From the NCBI GenBank assembly GCA_963830365.1, contig CAWHMU010000031.1, positions 1 through 64,000 of the forward strand: DNA of 64,000 nucleotides. Direction: 5' to 3'. The notes beneath the pieces were generated by a model. That model had not been told where the DNA came from and ran no database searches. It saw nothing but the letters and a program-made list of their open reading frames with translations. Shown piece after piece: positions 40,189 through 50,554 of the stretch (its first letter is position 1; every line of letters starts with the position of its first letter). Origin of the DNA: an uncultured Chlamydiae bacterium. Lineage in GTDB: Bacteria > Chlamydiota > Chlamydiia > Chlamydiales > Parachlamydiaceae. The position numbers were made by a program, and so were the translations under genes.

Positions 40189-40808
40189 TTATATGGCAGT
40201 ACTGGCTCAACTCCTAACTTCACAGGAACCAACATGCAATTTACGGATTTTTATGATGCATTATTTGCAACGACCTCGATTAATTTACATAAGGCGAGGT
40301 ACTCATTTGTGTGATGAGCCCAAAACTTCTAGGTCGTATTTAACGACTTCTACTTGGCCACTGCGCCTCGCACCTCATCATGCACACGCGTGAGCCCCCA
40401 TCATGGCTATGTACAATTCAGGCGCACGCGAGTTATTGTTTGGATACCTTTTTATAGCATAAATCATTAGACAGTTTTTTAAATAAAATTAAATTGGTAA
40501 CAATCACTAAGAATGACCCACTTGTCGATCACTTAGAATGACCCACCCTCGCGATCACTTAGAACGACCCACTTGGCGGCAGCGCCTGATGAGGTCGTCT
40601 GTCGATCACTAAGAATGACCCACCTTCCAATCACTTAGAATGACCCACTTGGCGGTCGTGATCGGCAATACTCGTTCGCGATCACTTAGAATGACCCACT
40701 ACTATTTTCAAATTAAGGGCTTAACTTCCTTCGATACTGATTTTTACTAACGCGTTTTGATGAAGCCACGACTAAACTCCAGGCCTCAACTTAACGCAAG
40801 GCATACAC

Positions 40809-42482
40809 ATGAAAGGAAAAGTAAAGACAATGACTCAAATTCGTAGCATCATTCAGCGCCTTAAGATTGGTCAATCTCAAAGACAGATCCAACGAGAGCT
40901 CGGCATACATCGGACAATCATCAGAGCAGTACAGGAATTATCTCATATCCAGCATTGGCTAGACTCAGAGGCTCCTATGCCAAGCGATGAAGAAATCACA
41001 GATAAGTGGAATGTAAAGACAAAAGACCGATCTCATCCACTTGACGAGCATAAAGAGCAGCTAGAAGCCTGGAATAAGGATGGACTTTCCTCTATTGTTA
41101 TCCATCAGTTGTTGAAGGACAAATGTATCTGTGATGTGCAGGCAATCAGACGATACCGAGCGAAGCATTTCCCCAATCCAATTGACCCTATTATGGTACG
41201 ATCAACCACCCCTGGTAGTGATCTAGAACTTGATTTTGGTGAACTTGGACGTTTTCGCGATGACGCTGGAGTCATTAAAAGAGTTTGGCTATTTTCTCTT
41301 CGCCTTCGACATTCCAGGCAGGCACATCGAGAGATTGTTCTGGATCAAACGCTATCGACTTTTCTTAAAGGCCATATCAATGCCTTTGAATACTTTCATG
41401 GGGTGCCAAAGAAATGTATTCCAGACAATTTAAAGGCCGCTGTTATACGACCTACAACAGATAATGACATGATTAACCGCAGCTATCAGGATTTTGCAGA
41501 ACATTATGGCTTTGTCATAGCCCCCTGCGCACCACGAACTCCTGAGCACAAAGGTGGGGTTGAAGGAGATGTCAAGTACGTAAAAAGAAACTTTCTCGCT
41601 TATTTTCTTGCTAACCAAAAAATACTGGAAATCGAAACGTCTTCTATTAGTGATCTTAAAAATGCTCTTGAAAGTTGGTGTCGAGAGGTTGCTGATAAGA
41701 GAATTATCTATGGCGTAGGTCGAACTCCTTTAGAGATTTTTAATTCTGAGGAGAAAATTGCCTTAGGTCCTCTTCCTAAAACTCGCTGGGAACAAACTTC
41801 ATGGAGACAATGCAATGTGCGAAGAGATTGGCGCATTATGGTTGACGGCGCATTTTACTCTGTTCCATATCAATTGATAGGAAAAACCGTTCAAGTATGT
41901 GTGACAGATTCATTGTTGCGAATCTTTTACGAAAGCAAAGAAGTGGCATTGCACGGCAGAACAACCAAGAAGTGGGACTATAAACGTAAATCTGAGCATG
42001 CCCCTCCATTCAAAGAAGCTGTTTTGCAATGCACAAGGGAAGGATTGATTGATTTATCTGAAGCGATTGGTCCATTTACCCATCAGATGGTTAAGGAGAT
42101 CCTCAACCATCCGTTAGTAGACAAGCTGAAACCCGTTCGACGTCTCCTCAAATTAAAAGAAAATTACTCCATAAGAGACCTGGAACTTGCTTGTGAGAGG
42201 GCACTAACTTGCAAGCTATTCTCATATGCCAGCGTCAAAAGTATTTTGGAAAAGAAATTGCAAACAGAGGCTTTGGATAACTCAGTTGCAAAAGGAGCAT
42301 CCTCCATAGAGCCTCTTCGATTTGCCAGAGATCCCGCTGATTACAAGACTACTTACTCATGTTCAGAGACGTTTGAAGAAAAGCTGGTGAGGCTCCATCC
42401 TATGTCGACCTCTGGAAACGCAATGATGGGGGCTTATGAAGCTCTACTGGCAGATCAGATCACAAGAGAGGTTGTCCTGTAA
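40809..42482 (+). CDS. istA: IS21 transposase IstA
   Basis: N-terminal HTH, LELDFG, GVPKKCIPDNLKAAV, PEHKGGVEGDV, YSVPYQLIG. Confidence 0.93.
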   Translation: MKGKVKTMTQIRSIIQRLKIGQSQRQIQRELGIHRTIIRAVQELSHIQHWLDSEAPMPSDEEITDKWNVKTKDRSHPLDEHKEQLEAWNKDGLSSIVIHQLLKDKCICDVQAIRRYRAKHFPNPIDPIMVRSTTPGSDLELDFGELGRFRDDAGVIKRVWLFSLRLRHSRQAHREIVLDQTLSTFLKGHINAFEYFHGVPKKCIPDNLKAAVIRPTTDNDMINRSYQDFAEHYGFVIAPCAPRTPEHKGGVEGDVKYVKRNFLAYFLANQKILEIETSSISDLKNALESWCREVADKRIIYGVGRTPLEIFNSEEKIALGPLPKTRWEQTSWRQCNVRRDWRIMVDGAFYSVPYQLIGKTVQVCVTDSLLRIFYESKEVALHGRTTKKWDYKRKSEHAPPFKEAVLQCTREGLIDLSEAIGPFTHQMVKEILNHPLVDKLKPVRRLLKLKENYSIRDLELACERALTCKLFSYASVKSILEKKLQTEALDNSVAKGASSIEPLRFARDPADYKTTYSCSETFEEKLVRLHPMSTSGNAMMGAYEALLADQITREVVL

Positions 42483-42547
42483 CAGAAAAAATAATTTTCA
42501 ATAAAGTGGAGCCTGCCAAGCAGGTGTCATAAACCCAAGGAGAAAAA

Positions 42548-43315
42548 ATGGATTGCACCGAACTTATCGCCAAAAAACTGAGCCGTTTGAAAATGACGGG
42601 AATATCAACAACGCTAGCACAACGGTTGGAAGAGGCTATGAAAGAAAAATGGGCCTACTCAACATTTCTTGAGATACTGCTATCGGATGAGATCGAACGC
42701 AGAGAAAACAAGCAACTGCTTTTAAGGATGGCTAAGAGTCGATTAGACCCTGATAAGACCATCGAGACCTTCAACTTTGAATTCAATCCAAAGGCCCCTA
42801 CCGCGATAATTCGGGAGTTATCTGCAGGAGGCTTCATTGAAAAAAAACAAAACATCTTCATCCTCGGCCCTAGCGGTGTAGGGAAAAGCCATTTAGCACA
42901 AGGGTTAGGGCATCAGATATGCCGTAGGGGATATGATGTGCTTTTTTACTGTACATACCAGCTCTTTGAGTGGATATATGCAGGGCGAGGTGATGGAACA
43001 CATAAAAAGAGGCTTGCTCAGGTAATTAAAACGCCCCTGTTAATCCTAGATGATTTTGGCTTACAAGCCATTAACGAGGCACAGCAGCAGGATTTATATC
43101 AATTAATTGCCGAAAGGTATGAAAAGAACTCGATGATCATCACAAGTAACAGAGATTTCGATGAATGGCCTAGCATTTTTGCTAATCCATTGATTGGAAC
43201 AGCTGCTTTGGATAGACTGGTTCATAGAGGGGTACAGGTCATTGTGGAAGGTGACAGCTACCGATTGGCCGAGTTCAAAAAAACTTGCGCGAAAGTAAAG
43301 AAAACGCAACAATAA
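42548..43315 (+). CDS. istB: IS21 helper ATPase IstB
   Basis: GPSGVGKSHLA, LLILDDFG, ITSNRDFDEW, AALDRLVH, GDSYR. Confidence 0.95.
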   Translation: MDCTELIAKKLSRLKMTGISTTLAQRLEEAMKEKWAYSTFLEILLSDEIERRENKQLLLRMAKSRLDPDKTIETFNFEFNPKAPTAIIRELSAGGFIEKKQNIFILGPSGVGKSHLAQGLGHQICRRGYDVLFYCTYQLFEWIYAGRGDGTHKKRLAQVIKTPLLILDDFGLQAINEAQQQDLYQLIAERYEKNSMIITSNRDFDEWPSIFANPLIGTAALDRLVHRGVQVIVEGDSYRLAEFKKTCAKVKKTQQ

Positions 43316-43716
43316 CAAACCAAATTGGACAACTAAGTAGTATTTAGGATTTTTCGTTAGTTTGAAGGACCCTTGAAGATAGAGGGTTGTTTTGCGTGTT
43401 TTTGGAGGTGGGTCATTCTAAGTGATCGACACCGAGCACATCAAGAGCAACCGCCAAGTGGGTCATTCTTAGTGATTGCAGGGTGGGTCATTCTCGGTGA
43501 TCGACACTTCAATTTTCAAAAGAAACCGCCAAGTGGGTCATTCTAAGTGATCGCGAGGTGGGTCATTCTTAGTGATTGTTACCATAAATATGCTATATAC
43601 TAAATATTTAATTCTGTGATATTCTAAATATGTGCATATTAAACGAATCTAACCAGATAAAACCAAATATACCATTTGGCAAGTCTTACCAACAATATGA
43701 TATACAGGAGGTGGAT

Positions 43717-44244
43717 ATGACTTCTATTCAAGGACGTGGTCCTGTCGATAATTCGGCTTTAGTAAATTTGATGAACGCAGGAAAAAGCGAAAATGATGTT
43801 GACGGATTACCAAATCGTTCCGCCATTCAATCGATGTCTAGCGATGGTATAGAAAAAACTTTTAAAAACCTGGAGGCTGAAATAGCAAAGGGGCCAGCAA
43901 TTCATCCACTTCAATTTTTGGCAAAAGTCGCCATTGCCGGCGAGGAAAAAGGTTATGACACTAAAGAAGGAAGATCGTTAATCCGTTCATCTGTAGAATT
44001 ATATGCTAAAAATCTCAGTATTGATCCTTCGAAATTAAATACTGCGAATGAACAATCAGAGGCCAAAAAGCATGTGTTAAGCGACCTTCTTCTGCGGGCA
44101 CAGGGTTATAGTGAAGGTGGAAAAGGTTCTATGGATAAACTCAAAGAATTATACAAGCAAACGTCTGGTGCATTCGATGCATGGGTTTTTTGTGAGCAAA
44201 TGATGGCTGGCGAAGGCAGAGCAATGAAAGAAAATCTTTTCTAG
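43717..44244 (+). CDS. Hypothetical protein
   Basis: AGGAGG RBS before the ATG at 43717 (MTSIQGRGPVDNS). No family recognised. Confidence 0.7.
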   Translation: MTSIQGRGPVDNSALVNLMNAGKSENDVDGLPNRSAIQSMSSDGIEKTFKNLEAEIAKGPAIHPLQFLAKVAIAGEEKGYDTKEGRSLIRSSVELYAKNLSIDPSKLNTANEQSEAKKHVLSDLLLRAQGYSEGGKGSMDKLKELYKQTSGAFDAWVFCEQMMAGEGRAMKENLF

Positions 44245-44621
44245 TAAAGCTGCATGGTGTTGGGGAGTTGAGCCGCAATGGAACCGAAAGAAGTCTACCT
44301 AAGTGCTTTTATTGTACCATTGCATCTGATGCCCCATATATAACTCCCGGCTAGGTTGTGCTCATTTTGTCTGCGTTAAAACCCCGCAGTTGACCGCTCA
44401 AAAGTGCCCCAATATGCATGGTTCTTGCCTACCACACCTGCGCTGCGCTTAGGTATGGGCTACAGAATGAGAGAAAAAGGGCAAAAAAAATATCCCCTCT
44501 GCCACTCATAATTATCTTAGAAATTGCAATTATCATGGGTAACTACCGTTTCTCCTTAGCACATAGCAAGGCTTTAGTCTCGCTACATGCGAAGAGATAA
44601 AGTTAAGTGTATGGTAAAGGC

Positions 44622-46259
44622 TCAATCTTTAGGGAGATTGAAGTGTTCCTTCAGCACCGCTTGAACTTCGGAATCATCAAATACCATGGTAGTTATATCC
44701 ACAGCAATCGCACAATCGCTTTTATCGAGTGCGCAGAGGCTGAATTTTTTTGTTTCTGAACCATCCGCCCACGTTACTTTATCACCCCACCTTGCTCCGA
44801 TCGCTTTTTTTGATTCGCTATCGTCTATCTGACCAAATTCTTGTAGCGTTTTTTTATATCTGGCAACTTCATCTACTGCAAGCGCACTCTGGAAAAACGG
44901 ATTTGTTTTTTTCTCATACCGATCGATAAATAGCCTATCGTTTTTAAGGTCTATGAGTCTTCGTTCAACATCTGTTAGAATTGGGTATTCCTTGTTCTCT
45001 AACATTTGGATCATCCTACTACTATTATCCCAATTTTCCGCTGTCACGAAGTCCTTGAAAGTACGCGGATCAAGATCAATTTCCTCAACACGATTTCCTT
45101 GTTCTTGGATTTGCTTTTTTAATACTTCTGCGAGACCCTTTTGGCAAGTAAAAATCAACTTTTCTTCATGTTCCTGTACGAGTGTGTTTAGATTTTCTGC
45201 CATCCAATTCACTGTCAGCTTTGTATCAGAAAGTTTGAATTTCTTTGATGCGATGATTTCAAACATTTTATTTTTCAAAGCATCCACAAGTTGGTCGTAC
45301 GTTATCATATCCTTGACTAACAGGTTTTTGAATTCTACAGAAGAACCTAGCTGGTGATAGGTCAATGCGCCTGATATCTCTTCTTTTTCGTCATCACCAA
45401 CTGTCTTGTTGTCATCTATTTTAAGAAAGCGCCTCACAGATTCTGAATTCCCTGTTCTTACAAAATATCCTTTTCTGGATCCTTCAGGATCATTTCTATC
45501 ATCAAAATTCGTTTTCATTTCACTTTCAAAAAGGAATTCAGTCCTTTTCCCCTCATCTTGAGGATACGCTTCGCCTTCATGCGCATTATATACTTTAACT
45601 TTTGTTACTTTATTAAAACTTAAATTCTTTTTTGATGGCTGTCGGCAGCAGAAGGTTTTTAAAGCGCAAGCAGCGATCGTTGTGGCGATGGCACCAAGAC
45701 CCCACTTGGTATATGATTGTCTATTATGTGGCTCTGCTTGTGCATCTTTTTGTTCAGCTGCCTTGGTATCTGTATTAAAGCTATGATCTGCAAAGTTGGC
45801 GTCAAAAATCAGATCCGTAAAACTAGTATCAATTGTTGGGATTGGATTCAGCCAGAGGGTAGAATTAGCAGTAAAATAGGAATCGTCTGTACCACCGGCA
45901 ATGGCAGATGTGTCTAAAGCTGCCAATAGTTCGCTAGCAGTATCAGCAACAAATGGATTAGCCGTACTGTTGTTGTCGGTCGCAATTGAATCAGGTAGCT
46001 TTGTAATGGGGCTATCAGCAAAAAGGCGAAACGAGGCTATACCCACGCTCGAGGCTAATAACGCCGCGATCGAGGAAAGTCCAATGAGCTTATACCAATT
46101 CCGCGATGAAGACTTTTGGATCGATTTAGGGGTATTAAAGATTGGCTTGACTATAGAGCCAACAACTTGATGTGTCTGCGCATGGGTGTTTGAAGCGTGA
46201 ATATTTTGAGGTGGCAAATTGCCTGTTTGCGTGGAATAAGAAGCACTAACGGGTTGCAT
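44622..46259 (-). CDS. Hypothetical membrane-anchored protein, effector-like
   Basis: 545 aa with Ser/Thr/Gln-rich N-terminus, two separated hydrophobic segments and a charged C-terminal domain. Confidence 0.75.
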   Translation of the reverse strand: MQPVSASYSTQTGNLPPQNIHASNTHAQTHQVVGSIVKPIFNTPKSIQKSSSRNWYKLIGLSSIAALLASSVGIASFRLFADSPITKLPDSIATDNNSTANPFVADTASELLAALDTSAIAGGTDDSYFTANSTLWLNPIPTIDTSFTDLIFDANFADHSFNTDTKAAEQKDAQAEPHNRQSYTKWGLGAIATTIAACALKTFCCRQPSKKNLSFNKVTKVKVYNAHEGEAYPQDEGKRTEFLFESEMKTNFDDRNDPEGSRKGYFVRTGNSESVRRFLKIDDNKTVGDDEKEEISGALTYHQLGSSVEFKNLLVKDMITYDQLVDALKNKMFEIIASKKFKLSDTKLTVNWMAENLNTLVQEHEEKLIFTCQKGLAEVLKKQIQEQGNRVEEIDLDPRTFKDFVTAENWDNSSRMIQMLENKEYPILTDVERRLIDLKNDRLFIDRYEKKTNPFFQSALAVDEVARYKKTLQEFGQIDDSESKKAIGARWGDKVTWADGSETKKFSLCALDKSDCAIAVDITTMVFDDSEVQAVLKEHFNLPKD

Positions 46260-46281
46260 AGAATCCTGAATTATAGAATTG

Positions 46282-46310
46282 ATAGTGAAATGTTAATTAA
46301 CAGCTGTCAA
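46282..46310 (-). promoter_or_regulatory. Possible sigma70/sigma66-type promoter
   Basis: TTGACA-N17-CACTAT on the minus strand, upstream of the ATG at 46259. Confidence 0.45.
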
Positions 46311-46475
46311 TGAATTATAAAATGTAGGCTATAATTTTGATAAAATATACAACATTTATGTAGATAATTACAAGACTAATTTAATACATCACTTAGATGG
46401 CTACATCGTTTTGGTGGCTTACGCAAAATGCGTTGATGAGAAGTCCCCCCTTAAAAAGCATGCTCAGCTGCCATT

Positions 46476-49400
46476 TTATGGGTTAGCCTGCTTGGGCTGC
46501 TGGGGGCGCAGCAGGCTATCGATAATGACATCGGTCCATTTATACAACAGGTGTTCCAGTGTTTCGGAGTGGATATTCTTAATGATGTCGTCGGCTTTTT
46601 GATAGATATAGATCCTTTCTACCACGAACTGCAAGACTTTAATCAGTGGCGTGATCATAAAAGAGATGATCGCTCCCAACGCATCAAAAAATATCCAGTG
46701 GAATATCTTATCGAGATAAGCCTTTACCTTGGGCCCTGTTTCCGGAAATTGGCGCTCGATGAAGTCGTTTAATTGTGCCTGCAAACTATGCCACATGGCT
46801 TTGACAAATTCCCAAGCTTTGACGCTTAGCTGTGAACTGATCGTGCGCACGAATTCATCTCTCAGCATCTTGTGCGTGTGGTCGGCTTGGATCTTTTTGT
46901 CGTCATTATCTGCCTGCTGTTGTGCGGCGTTTTTTGGAAAATGGAACTTGAAGTATTTGGCAACTTTTAATTCCTTTTTACCATCGGGACAAAGCGCAGT
47001 TTTAAGAGGCACAAGCACTTCCCGGCCGACTTTTCCTTCCCATTTTGAACGGTGAAAGCTGGGCAAACCGCTGAATAGCGCGCCATCGATGATTTGGAGC
47101 AGTGTATTTCTGGAAAGGTGCGGCATCATCGCCTCTCCAATGGCGGCGGCGCTCATGCTCTTGACTTTTTCCTTCATAAACACATACTGCACCATATTGT
47201 CCGGGATGAGTTTGACAAGTTCCAGTACCAGGGCGCCGCAGGTCTCATTGAGATGCTTTTGCTTGTCGGTAAGTTTTTTAGCCTCTTCGGCAAGGCCTTC
47301 CTTAGGCTTGGCATCCATGCCATTTAAGGCGGCATAAAGGGTTTGTACAAATTGCAGCATCATGGCATCGCGCACATTTGGTTCTAGCAGCTTCATATTT
47401 GCTTGCAACAGTGCAAGCGGGATGATTTTCTCCATCATCAACTCACCCACAGCGCCTTTCATAGATGAAGGCATGGGGAAGTTGTCAACAGTCAAATCTG
47501 CCAATTTGAGGATTTTTGCCGCCAATGGAATAAAGCACCCCTCGAGGCGCACGCGTTGCTTTTCCTCCTCAGAGGCATCAGGATTAAACGGTACGCCATC
47601 ATGCAGGCGTTCGCCAAAAGCTGCCAGAGCTACAGCGGTTGGGACGCGATAGCCGTGCGCTTCGCCAAGTTCTTCAGTGATTGAATTGACAATTTTGAAG
47701 TATTCGGCTGTATCTTTAAGCATCGCAATAGCCATATCGATGATTAAATCGGGATTCTCTGTCTCGACCGTTTGAATCTTGGTTGAGATTTGGACAAAAA
47801 CCTTGGCGATGGCGCCTTCTAAATATTGATTCAAAGCGGGCCAAAGGGCAACGATCTGCGCGTCTTCGCTCTCGGCTGATTGGCGCACATTTTGGGCGAT
47901 CATGTTTGTGATGGAACTTTTATTGGCCTCCAAGGCGACTGTGACAGCCTTTGCTGTTTTATCCTCGGCAAAGGCAAAAAATTCACGGCCAGCGCTCACT
48001 AAACTTTCTGAAACTTCGCCGCTGGCTGTGCTTAGATGATTGCGTATGAAATCGGCAGCGTATTTGGCCACCACATGGCTGGCCCATTTCGCATGTGTGG
48101 TGCGGTAGCAGTGTTCCAGCTTCTCTTGCAGGACCGGCAATTGGTTTTTCCAGGCCATTGTTTCGGCATATGTCGCTGCAATCACATCAGGCAAAATATT
48201 TTCCCGCACGGCTGTCCAAAGGACATCTTTCAACTTGTCCGCCGATGGCAAACCGTCAAGAGGCAAATGCTTAAATGGATTGCTGCCTACCATGGCATGC
48301 AACTCCTCTGCTAACGGGGCAAAGATTTTTCGCAATTCTTGCGTATAAAAACGTGCATCCCCTTTTGCCTGGCTCTTAAGTTCCTTTAGCTTTTCGTCGA
48401 CATTTTTTAGTCTTCGTCCGAAAATATTGCCAAGTCTCAGGTATAGATGCATAATAAACAGCTGTTTAGCATGCTCATCATCAGTCTCAGGTCGTTTATT
48501 TTCGGTAGTTTCAATGATATGACCAAGCATGCCTAGCAATACCGATTCCACCCATTTCTTGAGATAGCTCACCGTTTGCCGCATGAACGGATTAGCCTCA
48601 GGGATCAGCGCTTCCTGCTTAGACACGCCTAAATGGGTCATGACACCGCTGACAATTTCGGAAGAAAATACGGCACATATGCCTTCCAGTGTTATTACAA
48701 TATTTTCTGTACCCGACACTTTCCATAGGGACTGATAAAATTCTTCAAACATGTTGGCAGAACAGGATATACCTTTTTCGTGCAGCGACGAGACAACTTT
48801 CGTGGTAACGACAGGATCATCCAGGTTCTTATCATCAAACAGCAATGCGCGCAGCTTCGTACGCGTAGCTTTATCGTCAAGCTGGCTTTCCGTGATGGCT
48901 ATGTATTGCTTTATAAGGAATTTAGGCAACGCTGCCTTCAAATGCGCAGCTGCGATCTCTTTAAGAAAATCAGGCAAGGGCCAATATGCGGTCTGATCCA
49001 ATCCCATCATCTTCAGCAGATCTTCCCTAAGGGGGTTAAACAAGCTAAGCACCTGCACATCGCTTAGCGGGTCGCTATGCGACGCCTTTAAAATGGCGAT
49101 GCTGTCGTCGATAGCCTTGCGGTGGGTGTTAAAAAATCTGCTGCATAGACTGAAAAGTTTTATAGCCATGATACCCATGACATCCGGCACCCGTCCTTGT
49201 GTTTGGTTGGGTGGGGCCGGCAGCTCAGACATATGATACAAAACATGGGCCAAAATAGGCTCAAGATAACCACCTAAGAACAGCCACAACTTCTTGATCT
49301 CCGGATTGGCGCTGTTGCCCAGGCTGACCAATTGCTCTTTCAGCCAATTACCAAGCCATTGTTTCTTGGCGGCAGAACCGGCAAAAAATAAAGACAGCTT

Positions 49401-50477
49401 GTCAGTAACAAAACTGGTTAATGGTGTCGTGGCTTCGTCCTTGCTATCCCCACCAGACAGAAGGGTCGGCAATATTTCGCCGGCATTTTGCGCCAGCGCT
49501 TCGGCAAGGGAAGCTAGCGATTCTCCACCGGCAAGGTTTGCTAAGGCCTCTTTGTGGTTGCTGTTAAGTGGCCCTGCCAACTGCGAATACAGTTCCAGAA
49601 ATAATCCGGGCAGCAGTCGTTTTTGCACTTTCGTCCATACACTTCTAGATAGCCACGGCACATGAGTCACAGGAAGCTCTTTTTCCCCTTCAGGCAGTGC
49701 CGTGACTAAAAAATCATCGATCAGCGGATAGATGAGTTGATTTAACATCTTTTGGCGCTTAAGCAGATTGGGGTTGTTCTCGATGGCCTCTATATGTGTG
49801 TTAATATGGGATAGATGCTTATTGACAATTTCATATATGCAGCTGATCACTTCTATCAGACGCACCGGTTTATTGGCGCCGCCATTTGCGCTATTGGCAT
49901 CTCTTATGTTGGTAGCAATATTGATATACATTTTCGAAAGCAGCGCATCGATAAGCTTAGTAAGCGTAGCATGCTCACCTTTAAAAAATGCCATTAGGCT
50001 GGGCCTCACAGCATCCGGCCAGTCTGAATTTATCAGTTTCGGCTGCAGCCAATGCGCGATCACAGGCGCTAGGGCATGAATAGCCTGCGCCAGATGTATG
50101 GAACCGCTGAGATCATTGATGGCTACATCGGATTGCCTTCTTGAATTTTGCCAGGATAGCTGCCAGGTCAACAATAAGCGCGTGGTCTGCAAAACAAACG
50201 TAGTCGGGACAACGACCATGGATGAACTTGCCATCCACTTGAAGAATCTCGCAGCGCAACTTTGGCTCTTTTGCACCGTTTGTGCCAGCTGGCCGCCGTT
50301 ATCCAATACCACGACAGAGCGCTGCGATGATAGGTCATGCGTCAGGATCTCGTCTTTCTGCTGCAGACGCCGTCTGGCGACTTCAACTGCCGTTTGCGGA
50401 CGGTCATTTGCAGTGTCGGCAGGATCTAAAAATACAGGTGCGGATAGCGTTCTTGTAAGGGATGTGGTGTGATTCAT
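46476..50477 (-). CDS. Large helical hypothetical protein with about four degenerate internal repeats
   Basis: Uninterrupted 1333-aa ORF with a recurring [F/Y]xPL...[L/W/F]P[L/V/M]...[L/I]P pattern. Confidence 0.85.
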   Translation of the reverse strand: MNHTTSLTRTLSAPVFLDPADTANDRPQTAVEVARRRLQQKDEILTHDLSSQRSVVVLDNGGQLAQTVQKSQSCAARFFKWMASSSMVVVPTTFVLQTTRLLLTWQLSWQNSRRQSDVAINDLSGSIHLAQAIHALAPVIAHWLQPKLINSDWPDAVRPSLMAFFKGEHATLTKLIDALLSKMYINIATNIRDANSANGGANKPVRLIEVISCIYEIVNKHLSHINTHIEAIENNPNLLKRQKMLNQLIYPLIDDFLVTALPEGEKELPVTHVPWLSRSVWTKVQKRLLPGLFLELYSQLAGPLNSNHKEALANLAGGESLASLAEALAQNAGEILPTLLSGGDSKDEATTPLTSFVTDKLSLFFAGSAAKKQWLGNWLKEQLVSLGNSANPEIKKLWLFLGGYLEPILAHVLYHMSELPAPPNQTQGRVPDVMGIMAIKLFSLCSRFFNTHRKAIDDSIAILKASHSDPLSDVQVLSLFNPLREDLLKMMGLDQTAYWPLPDFLKEIAAAHLKAALPKFLIKQYIAITESQLDDKATRTKLRALLFDDKNLDDPVVTTKVVSSLHEKGISCSANMFEEFYQSLWKVSGTENIVITLEGICAVFSSEIVSGVMTHLGVSKQEALIPEANPFMRQTVSYLKKWVESVLLGMLGHIIETTENKRPETDDEHAKQLFIMHLYLRLGNIFGRRLKNVDEKLKELKSQAKGDARFYTQELRKIFAPLAEELHAMVGSNPFKHLPLDGLPSADKLKDVLWTAVRENILPDVIAATYAETMAWKNQLPVLQEKLEHCYRTTHAKWASHVVAKYAADFIRNHLSTASGEVSESLVSAGREFFAFAEDKTAKAVTVALEANKSSITNMIAQNVRQSAESEDAQIVALWPALNQYLEGAIAKVFVQISTKIQTVETENPDLIIDMAIAMLKDTAEYFKIVNSITEELGEAHGYRVPTAVALAAFGERLHDGVPFNPDASEEEKQRVRLEGCFIPLAAKILKLADLTVDNFPMPSSMKGAVGELMMEKIIPLALLQANMKLLEPNVRDAMMLQFVQTLYAALNGMDAKPKEGLAEEAKKLTDKQKHLNETCGALVLELVKLIPDNMVQYVFMKEKVKSMSAAAIGEAMMPHLSRNTLLQIIDGALFSGLPSFHRSKWEGKVGREVLVPLKTALCPDGKKELKVAKYFKFHFPKNAAQQQADNDDKKIQADHTHKMLRDEFVRTISSQLSVKAWEFVKAMWHSLQAQLNDFIERQFPETGPKVKAYLDKIFHWIFFDALGAIISFMITPLIKVLQFVVERIYIYQKADDIIKNIHSETLEHLLYKWTDVIIDSLLRPQQPKQANP

Positions 50478-50554
50478 GAGCGGCTCGGTATCGGTTTAAT
50501 AAAGTAGATAAAGAGCTAACAATGTTATGGATAGATTGTCAAGATGATTTACAC

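Larger units (their letters stand above)
38055..40320. mobile_element. Non-autonomous ISL3-ended element (MITE), copy 2, inverted and interrupted by IS1634
   Basis: IRs ggttcatcgcacaatcgcgtacct / aggtactcatttgtgtgatgagcc; duplication caaaactt at 38047-38054 and 40321-40328. Confidence 0.88.
40495..43584 (+). mobile_element. IS21 family insertion sequence
   Basis: TG...CA termini with IR tggtaacaatcactaagaatgacccac; 5-bp duplication taaat. Six left and five right subterminal copies of atcactwagaatgacccac-like units. Confidence 0.95.

Noticed and set aside
40495..40700. Regularly repeated 19-20-bp units resembling a CRISPR array (mirrored at 43408-43584)
   Set aside because: Spacing is irregular, the units are inverted at the other end of istAB, they lie within TG...CA ends with a target duplication, and no cas genes are present. 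These are IS21 subterminal repeats.
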